A DNA stretch of 32,000 nt from Geobacter metallireducens GS-15. Lineage in GTDB: Bacteria; Desulfobacterota; Desulfuromonadia; Geobacterales; Geobacteraceae. The DNA is taken from positions 2,070,001-2,102,000 of the forward strand of contig NC_007517.1 in assembly GCF_000012925.1 (NCBI RefSeq), in the 5' to 3' direction. The translations under genes were made by a program, and so were the position numbers. The first letter of the stretch is position 1, and every line of letters begins with the position of its first letter. Below, one piece after another: positions 25,686-32,000 of the stretch. The notes under the pieces were generated by a model, which did not search any database, was not told the DNA's origin, and was given only the letters and a program-made list of their open reading frames with translations.

Positions 25686-25711
25686 ACGAATACGCTGAAG
25701 TTAATCTGAAG

Positions 25712-26929
25712 CTATTTGCCGGAAAGGCCGAATGCCTCGTGGAGCACCCTCACGGCGAGTTCCGTGTACTTGGCGTCAATAACGACAGACACCTTGATCT
25801 CGGAGGTGGAAATCATCTGAATATTGATTCCTTCATTTGCAAGGGTTTGGAACATCTTGGTGGCGACACCGGCATGGCTCCGCATGCCGACGCCGACGAT
25901 GGAGACCTTGGAAATGCTTTCATCGGCCGACACGCCCGTTGCCTTGATCTCAGTGGCAATTTCCTTGGTGATGGCAAGTGCCTTTTTGAAGTCGGCCTTG
26001 GTGACAGTAAAAGTGAAATCGGTAAGATCGCCACCACTCACGTTCTGGACGATCATATCGACCGAGATATTGGCATCGGAAAGGGACGACAAAATCTTGG
26101 CGGCAATCCCCGGTTTGTCCGGCACGCCCAGTACGGCAATCTTAGCTTCATTCTTGTCGTAGGCGATACCCGAAACGAGTACAGCTTCCATGTCCTTATC
26201 CTCCTTGGTGACCATAGTCCCTTGATTGTCATTGAAACTTGAGCGGACATGTATGTCCACATTGTATTTCTTGGCAAATTCGACTGAACGAATCTGGAGC
26301 ACTTTCGCTCCAAGGCTCGCCAGTTCCAGCATCTCGTCGTAGGAAATCTTATCGATCTTACGGGCGTCCTCACAGATGTTGGGGTCGGTGGTGTAGACAC
26401 CGTCAACGTCGGTGTAGATCTCGCAGACATCGGCCTTCATGGCGGCAGCCATGGCCACGGCCGAGGTATCGGAACCGCCGCGCCCCAACGTGGTAACGTT
26501 GCCGTCCTTGTCTATCCCCTGGAAACCGGCCACGACAACGATAGTCCCGTCCTTGAGGTCAGCCCTCACCTTTGCGTCGGGAATCTCTTCAATGCGGGCC
26601 TTGCTGAAGACGCTGTCGGTAATGATCGGCACCTGCCAGCCATGGTAGGATTTTGCTTTGTATCCCATGGATTTGAGACACATGGCGAGAAGGGCGATGG
26701 ATACCTGTTCGCCCGAGGCAACCAGAACGTCATACTCGCGGTTATCGGGAAACTCGCACACCTCATTGGCCAGGGCCACGAGCTTGTTGGTTTCGCCGGA
26801 CATGGCCGAAACGACGACCACCATATCGTTGCCCGCGTCGTAGGTCTTGGCGACCCTCTTGGCAACATTGCGGATCCGTTCAATCGATCCCATTGAGGTG
26901 CCGCCGTATTTTTGGACCACCAGAGCCAT
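25712..26929 (-). CDS. lysC: Aspartate kinase (monofunctional, two C-terminal ACT domains)
   Basis: 405 aa. [19 protein letters not shown] and a tandem ACT region. AAGGAGGAA SD lies 6 nt upstream of ATG 26929. Confidence 0.97.
   Translation of the reverse strand: MALVVQKYGGTSMGSIERIRNVAKRVAKTYDAGNDMVVVVSAMSGETNKLVALANEVCEFPDNREYDVLVASGEQVSIALLAMCLKSMGYKAKSYHGWQVPIITDSVFSKARIEEIPDAKVRADLKDGTIVVVAGFQGIDKDGNVTTLGRGGSDTSAVAMAAAMKADVCEIYTDVDGVYTTDPNICEDARKIDKISYDEMLELASLGAKVLQIRSVEFAKKYNVDIHVRSSFNDNQGTMVTKEDKDMEAVLVSGIAYDKNEAKIAVLGVPDKPGIAAKILSSLSDANISVDMIVQNVSGGDLTDFTFTVTKADFKKALAITKEIATEIKATGVSADESISKVSIVGVGMRSHAGVATKMFQTLANEGINIQMISTSEIKVSVVIDAKYTELAVRVLHEAFGLSGK
26189..26206 (-). promoter_or_regulatory. 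Internal Shine-Dalgarno plus in-frame ATG inside lysC (putative beta-subunit start)
   Basis: The minus strand reads AAGGAGGATAAGGACATG. The ATG at 26191 is in frame and would give 159 aa starting [22 protein letters not shown]. Confidence 0.45.
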
Positions 26930-26986
26930 CTACCGTTCCTCCTTTACGTATCGAGTCCTAATGAATACGCCGCTTCGCGTCGTCCC

Positions 26987-27469
26987 TTAATAGCAGGAAT
27001 CCAAACGACGGTCAAAACATTTTTTTAATAATGCCTCATGGTTTGAGCCGTGCGAAATAAAGTCGATACGCCGCTCGGTATCGCTTAAATAATCAAATAT
27101 AATATCAAGACGTTCCGTTAGGATATCAGAACCAAGCCGTTCGGCCCACTCGACGAGGCAGACTCCATTCCCATCGAAGTACTCGTCAAAACCGAGTTCT
27201 GCTGCATCATCGACGCCACCAAGACGGTAGAGATCGAAATGGTAAAGTCTGATTCGTCCCTGGTACTCATTCAGAAGGGTAAACGTAGGACTTGTAATGG
27301 GTACAGAGCTATCAATACCCAGACCGGAGGCTACCCCCCGTACAAACTGGGTCTTGCCTGCGCCCAACTCTCCGGTGAGGGCGATAAAACTCCCCGGCTC
27401 CAGCAGTCGCCCAAGCCGCTCACCCAGCCGGATAGTCTCTTCAACACTGTGCGAAGTAACTGAAACCAC
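26987..27469 (-). CDS. tsaE: tRNA t6A37 biosynthesis ATPase TsaE (YjeE)
   Basis: 160 aa. P-loop GELGAGKTQFVRG and the HFDLYRL motif. GTG start. Confidence 0.9.
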   Translation of the reverse strand: MVSVTSHSVEETIRLGERLGRLLEPGSFIALTGELGAGKTQFVRGVASGLGIDSSVPITSPTFTLLNEYQGRIRLYHFDLYRLGGVDDAAELGFDEYFDGNGVCLVEWAERLGSDILTERLDIIFDYLSDTERRIDFISHGSNHEALLKKCFDRRLDSCY

Positions 27470-27475
27470 AACGCG

Positions 27476-27925
27476 CTACTTCACCATTGTTCTGATGAGG
27501 TCAATGCGGGAAACCATGCCGACGAGCCGTTTTCCCTCCACGACCGGCAAAGCATGGAGCTTCTTGCTGCTCATGATATCGGCCACCTCGCTCACGGGGG
27601 TATCCGGCGTTACCATCTCCGCAGTGTCGGTATAGAGATCCCCGACAGTCTGGCCGGTCATCTTCTGGAGTTCCTTTTCGAATTTTTTCTCGCTCTCAAG
27701 GTAAATAACCCAGTCGAAAAGAGAGATGACCGTAGGTATGTGAAGGCTTTTATCCTGTTCGATAAGGTCCGATTCAGTGACGATGCCGATGAGGTTGCCG
27801 CTCTCATCCACTACCGGTACGCTGCCGACCCGATGTTTCGTGAATATCTCCGCCAACTCCCTGATTGTGGTTTCCCTTTTGACCGACACGACATCAGTCG
27901 TCATTATATCTCGTACTTTCAACAT
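27476..27925 (-). CDS. CBS-domain pair protein
   Basis: 149 aa. Two CBS repeats: VRDIMTTDVVSV...VVDESGNLIGIVTESDL and TPVSEVADIM...LPVVEGKRLVGMVSRIDLI. Confidence 0.85.
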   Translation of the reverse strand: MLKVRDIMTTDVVSVKRETTIRELAEIFTKHRVGSVPVVDESGNLIGIVTESDLIEQDKSLHIPTVISLFDWVIYLESEKKFEKELQKMTGQTVGDLYTDTAEMVTPDTPVSEVADIMSSKKLHALPVVEGKRLVGMVSRIDLIRTMVK

Positions 27926-27945
27926 ATTAGCATCCTTTCTTTCAA

Positions 27946-29490
27946 TTATAGGGTTAGCGTTTTGAATGCCCAGGGGAGTCTTTCCTGAACGTCGACGGCC
28001 GACATGCCGATTTCTCCCTTGTCGGCTGCCACCAAATCTGCGGCGTGACCATGAATGAACACGCCGAGCCGGCAGGCGTCAAAGGGTTCGTATCCCTGCC
28101 CCAAGAGAGATGCCAGGATGCCGGTAAGGACGTCACCCATCCCCCCCGACGCCATACCAGGGTTACCGCTCCCGTTGATGGCGACCCGTCCGTCCGGCGC
28201 AGCAATGACCGTACGGGCACCTTTCAGTATCATATACACGCCATTCTGTTCTGCAAACTCACGCGCCGCAGCAATCCGGTCTGCCTCGATAATCGCGGTG
28301 GAGGTGCCGGTAAGACGGGCCATTTCGCCCGGATGCGGGGTAAGGACGATGCAGTTGCTCCGTTTTCGCTGCAAGATGGCGGGGTCTTCGGACAGGGCGT
28401 TCAGACCATCGGCATCTATCACAAGAGGGGTCTCGATCTTGGTGACGAGATGGCGGATAAGGCGTGCAGTGTCTAAATGCCACGAGATGCCCGGCCCCAA
28501 CGCGACGGCTGATTTGCCGCCAATGGCTTCGAGCAGTGCCGGCGCAGAATCCTGCACCAAGCGTCCGGCACCGCCATCGGGAAGTGGCAGGGTCATGGCC
28601 TCGGTGGTTTTCATTTCCAGAATGGCGTTGAGGCGTTCGGGAACCGCCAAAGTCACCAGTCCCGAGCCGGCACGAACCGCACTGTTTGCAGCCATGGCAG
28701 CGGCACCGGTTTTGCCGGTGGAGCCGGCAACAACAAGACAATGGCCGAAGCTCCCCTTATGGGCGCGACGATCCCGAGGACGAACCAGACGACAAGCCGT
28801 CCCATGGTCGACAAAATCGTACCCTTCGGCATCAGCGGCAACCTGAAGAGGGATGCCGATATCAACTACACGGAGATCGCCACAGAGCTCGGCACCGGGA
28901 TAAAGGACATGGCCAAGCTTGGCAAGGGCAAAGGTAACGGTTACATCAGCCTTGACCGCGACGCCGAGAGTCCGACCGGTCCCTGCGTCTATCCCCGAGG
29001 GAATATCAACGGCCACGACCGGTTTTCCCGCAGCGTTCAGAAGGTTAATCGCCTCGGCAAAGCTACCCTGAACCTCACTCTTGAGACCCGTGCCGAAGAG
29101 GGCGTCTACGATCACCGATGCCCGTTCCAGGTGGGGGGCAAAAGGAGCGAGCCCTGCCGGAGGAGGCGAAAACATGACGGTTTCTGGATCAAGGCGATCC
29201 AGGTTAACCTTGGCATCACCGGCAATCTCTTCGCGCAGGGCAAGGACGACGGTCTGAACTTCCCACCCTTCCTGCTGCAGAAGCCTGGCAATTACATATC
29301 CGTCGCCACCGTTGTTCCCCTTGCCGGCAACAACGAGCACCATCCGTCCCGCAGCCGGTCCGAATCGTTCAATAATGGCCGCAGCGCACCCCTGGCCGGC
29401 ATTTTCCATGAGGTCAATGCCCGGTATGCCGAATTCCTCGATGGAGCGACGGTCCATCCGCTGCATGGTTTCGCCGGTAACAACCTTCAT
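27946..29490 (-). CDS. nnr: Bifunctional NAD(P)H-hydrate repair enzyme Nnr (YjeF_N epimerase + ADP-dependent dehydratase)
   Basis: 514 aa. N-terminal GKGNNGGDG and a C-terminal carbohydrate-kinase-like domain with [11 protein letters not shown] overlaps the acpS stop (ATGA). Confidence 0.93.
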   Translation of the reverse strand: MKVVTGETMQRMDRRSIEEFGIPGIDLMENAGQGCAAAIIERFGPAAGRMVLVVAGKGNNGGDGYVIARLLQQEGWEVQTVVLALREEIAGDAKVNLDRLDPETVMFSPPPAGLAPFAPHLERASVIVDALFGTGLKSEVQGSFAEAINLLNAAGKPVVAVDIPSGIDAGTGRTLGVAVKADVTVTFALAKLGHVLYPGAELCGDLRVVDIGIPLQVAADAEGYDFVDHGTACRLVRPRDRRAHKGSFGHCLVVAGSTGKTGAAAMAANSAVRAGSGLVTLAVPERLNAILEMKTTEAMTLPLPDGGAGRLVQDSAPALLEAIGGKSAVALGPGISWHLDTARLIRHLVTKIETPLVIDADGLNALSEDPAILQRKRSNCIVLTPHPGEMARLTGTSTAIIEADRIAAAREFAEQNGVYMILKGARTVIAAPDGRVAINGSGNPGMASGGMGDVLTGILASLLGQGYEPFDACRLGVFIHGHAADLVAADKGEIGMSAVDVQERLPWAFKTLTL

Positions 29491-29867
29491 ACCCGCTCCA
29501 GAACCACCATGGCGACGGCAAAATTCCCGTCATGGGAAAGGGATACAAATGTCTTCGAGAGATTCATATCAGCGAATAGCTGTTGTGCCTTGCCGTAAAG
29601 TCGCAGGTCCGGCTTGCCGAGGGAGTCGTTGACAACCTCCACGTCATGCCAGGTCAATCCTTCGCGAAGCCCGAGGCCGCACGCCTTGAGAAAGGCCTCC
29701 TTGGCTGCGAAACGAAGGGCATAGTGCTGGGCACTGTGGGCCTTTCCCGCACAGTATTCTTGCTCATGAATGGTGAACAGGCGCTCGAACAGACGCGTAT
29801 TCCTCTCTTCCAGAAAACGCTCGAAGCGGGTTATGTCGACGATATCAATGCCGGTGCCGAAAATCAC
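29487..29867 (-). CDS. acpS: Holo-[acyl-carrier-protein] synthase
   Basis: GTG 29867 gives (M)[17 protein letters not shown], the canonical AcpS N-terminus. GAGG SD lies 5 nt upstream. The track ORF extends to 30161 but that part overlaps pdxJ. Confidence 0.9.
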   Translation of the reverse strand: MIFGTGIDIVDITRFERFLEERNTRLFERLFTIHEQEYCAGKAHSAQHYALRFAAKEAFLKACGLGLREGLTWHDVEVVNDSLGKPDLRLYGKAQQLFADMNLSKTFVSLSHDGNFAVAMVVLERV

Positions 29868-29874
29868 GGATACC

Positions 29875-30594
29875 TCAGGCGTACTTGATGAGATCCACCA
29901 TGTCGCGCACTGCCCGGTCGAGTCCCACAAGGACCGCCCGGGAGATGATGGAATGGCCGATGTTATACTCCTCGATGCCCCCCAGGGCCGCAACCTTCCT
30001 GATGTTGGTGTAATTAAGGCCATGACCGGCATTGATACCGAGACCGAGCTTGGCGCCAAGCTTAATGGCGTTCCCAATCCGCTCCAACTCATCCTGCTCG
30101 GACTTCCAATCCTTTGCGTCGGCAAAGGCCCCGGTGTGTATCTCGATGTAGTCGGATCCAACCTTGCTGGAAGCCTTCACCTGGTCGGGGTCGGGATCGA
30201 CAAAGAGGCTCACCGCGATGCCGCCATTCTGGAGCCTTTCCACCGCTTCAGCAATCCCCTGCATGGCAATTCGCACATCCAGTCCACCTTCGGTAGTGAG
30301 CTCCTGACGCTTTTCGGGAACGAGAGTGCACATGTCGGGCTTTACGGAGAGGGCTATGGCAACCATCTCTGCCGTTGCCGCCATCTCCAGATTGAGCTTG
30401 GTCTTCACGGTTTGGCGAAGGAGTTTCAGGTCCCGGTCCTGGATATGACGGCGGTCTTCCCGCAGGTGAATGGTAATCCCGTCGGCTCCGGCCAACTCCG
30501 CCAGAGCGGCGGCAGCCACGGGATCGGGTTCCACTCCTCCCCTCGCCTGCCTGATTGTTGCCACGTGGTCAATATTTACGCCAAGCTTTGCCAC
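29875..30594 (-). CDS. pdxJ: Pyridoxine 5'-phosphate synthase
   Basis: 239 aa. [16 protein letters not shown] and EIHTG motifs. The GTG start directly abuts the glmM stop (TAGGTG). Confidence 0.96.
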   Translation of the reverse strand: MAKLGVNIDHVATIRQARGGVEPDPVAAAALAELAGADGITIHLREDRRHIQDRDLKLLRQTVKTKLNLEMAATAEMVAIALSVKPDMCTLVPEKRQELTTEGGLDVRIAMQGIAEAVERLQNGGIAVSLFVDPDPDQVKASSKVGSDYIEIHTGAFADAKDWKSEQDELERIGNAIKLGAKLGLGINAGHGLNYTNIRKVAALGGIEEYNIGHSIISRAVLVGLDRAVRDMVDLIKYA

Positions 30595-31950
30595 CTACTT
30601 CCCTCCGATCTTCTTCTCAACCAGGTCGGCAATCTCCTTGGCCCACCCGGTAATCTGGTATTTGTCCTGACCTTCCAGCATGATCCGCAACAGCGGCTCA
30701 GTGCCGGAATAGCGGATGAGGATGCGCCCCTCGTCCTTCAGTTTATCTTCTACCCCCCGGATGAGTGCAGCCACCTCGGGGATCGTCATGATATCCTTTT
30801 TCTCGGTAACCCGCACATTGACGAGGACCTGGGGAAGCGGAATCATCACCTCGGCCAGCTCGGAGAGAGTCTTGCCGCTTCGACGCATGATGGCGAGGAC
30901 CTGGAGGGCGGAGAGCATCCCGTCCCCCGTGGTGTTGTGATCAAGGAAGATCATGTGCCCTGACTGCTCGCCGCCGAGGTTGTAGCCTCCCTTCAGCATC
31001 TCCTCCACCACGTAGCGGTCCCCGACTGCCGTCTTGATCACCTTCCCGCCAGCCTTTTTCACGGCTATGTCGAGCCCCATATTGCTCATAACCGTTGCCA
31101 CGAGGGTATTCTTGCGGAGTTTCTTATGTTTGAGCATATCTGTGGCGCAGATGGCCATGATGTGGTCGCCGTCCACCTCGTTGCCGAATTCGTCCACAAA
31201 AATGACCCGGTCGGCGTCGCCGTCAAGGGCTATGCCCAGATCGGCCCGGTGCTCCTTGACTGCCTCGCTGATCACCTCGGGGTGAAGCGATCCGAAGCCG
31301 GCATTGATGTTAGTGCCGTTGGGCTTGATGCCGTAGGGAATGACCTCCGCCCCAAGCTCCTCCAGGACTGCCGGCGCCACCTTGTAGGCGGCACCGTTGG
31401 CGCAGTCGAGGACGATCTTCATCCCCGTGAGATCAAGCTCCTTGGGGAAGGTGTTCTTGAGAAAGACCACATAGCGCCCCACCGCATCGTCGATCCGGTA
31501 GGCCTTCCCCACCTCGGTGGCAATGGGGCGCAGGGAATCGATCTTCTTGGAAAAGATCAGCTCCTCGATCTTGAGTTCCATCTCATCGGGGAGCTTGAAA
31601 CCATCCCGGGAGAAGAACTTGATGCCGTTATCCTGAAAAGCGTTGTGGGATGCCGAGATGACCACTCCCGCGTCAGCCCGCATGGACGAGGTGATATTGG
31701 CAATGCCCGGGGTTGGCAGTGGCCCTACCACGAGTACGTCTACTCCCATGGAACAGATACCGGCCACCAGGGCGTTCTCCAGCATGTAACCGGAAAGGCG
31801 GGTATCCTTGCCAATGACGATCCGGTGCCGCCGGTTGCCGTTCTTGAACAGATAGGCTGCGGCACGGCCGATCTGCATGGCCATTTCCGTCGTCATGGGA
31901 TAAACGTTCGCCACGCCGCGAACGCCATCAGTACCGAAAAGCTTCTTCAT
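30595..31950 (-). CDS. glmM: Phosphoglucosamine mutase
   Basis: 451 aa. [10 protein letters not shown]-terminus, active-site loop [16 protein letters not shown] and GDGDADR-type metal loop LDGDADR. Confidence 0.97.
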   Translation of the reverse strand: MKKLFGTDGVRGVANVYPMTTEMAMQIGRAAAYLFKNGNRRHRIVIGKDTRLSGYMLENALVAGICSMGVDVLVVGPLPTPGIANITSSMRADAGVVISASHNAFQDNGIKFFSRDGFKLPDEMELKIEELIFSKKIDSLRPIATEVGKAYRIDDAVGRYVVFLKNTFPKELDLTGMKIVLDCANGAAYKVAPAVLEELGAEVIPYGIKPNGTNINAGFGSLHPEVISEAVKEHRADLGIALDGDADRVIFVDEFGNEVDGDHIMAICATDMLKHKKLRKNTLVATVMSNMGLDIAVKKAGGKVIKTAVGDRYVVEEMLKGGYNLGGEQSGHMIFLDHNTTGDGMLSALQVLAIMRRSGKTLSELAEVMIPLPQVLVNVRVTEKKDIMTIPEVAALIRGVEDKLKDEGRILIRYSGTEPLLRIMLEGQDKYQITGWAKEIADLVEKKIGGK

Positions 31951-32000
31951 ATAACAACTCCTGGATAGCGAAATTACGGTTTCTGGACTGTTTTGGAACG

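Noticed and set aside
29868-30161. N-terminal 98-codon extension of the acpS ORF in the track (29487-30161)
   Set aside because: It overlaps the 3' end of pdxJ in another frame and has no AcpS similarity. The canonical AcpS N-terminus IFGTGIDIV begins at GTG 29867, which has a GAGG SD.
29770-30963. Long plus-strand ORFs: 397 aa here, and also 28741-29598, 28055-28846, 31126-31968, 25016-25609, 7448-8089 and 1725-2537
   Set aside because: Each lies entirely antisense to a minus-strand gene with unmistakable conserved motifs (pdxJ, nnr, glmM, cimA, gspE, secretin). They have no recognisable motifs and have skewed, low-complexity composition. These are typical shadow ORFs of moderately GC-rich coding DNA.

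Overview
Every gene I can support in this 32-kb window is on the minus strand: 35 CDS, one of them truncated at the left edge, plus 7 tRNAs. The gene content and order look like a Geobacter/Desulfuromonadales chromosome. That attribution comes from my memory of the synteny, not from a search. The order is an atypical type II secretion cluster, multiheme c-type cytochromes and an NHL-repeat lipoprotein. Housekeeping genes follow: lon-clpX-clpP-tig, rph-rdgB, cimA, lysC, tsaE, nnr, acpS, pdxJ and glmM. The left ~13.8 kb is the accessory part. Module A holds a family-2 glycosyltransferase, a 61-aa membrane ORF, an NHL beta-propeller lipoprotein and three secreted multiheme cytochromes, all tightly packed or translationally coupled. 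A 101-nt AT-rich spacer separates it from module B. Module B holds a GspF platform, a GspE/PilB ATPase, PilM/N/O/P-like proteins, a secretin and two GspG-like pseudopilins, followed by an ftsE fragment. The secretin is unusual. It has an N-terminal lipobox and TPR module, and a C-terminal Pro/Ala linker followed by a cohesin-like domain. The ATPase N-terminus matches the tandem MshEN cyclic-di-GMP-binding motif. My main candidate for an undescribed system is this secretion machine, which mixes T2SS and T4P parts and is physically linked to the cytochrome/NHL/GT2 module. The right ~18 kb is ordinary housekeeping with two tRNA operons (Asp-Val-Asp and Pro-Arg-His-Leu). It also contains a 51-codon zinc-ribbon ORF below the ORF-track cutoff. 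There is an internal SD+ATG in lysC consistent with a beta subunit, and a long hairpin upstream of cimA. I saw no CRISPR array, IS element, integrase or recognisable defence gene. All plus-strand ORFs in the track look like antisense shadows.
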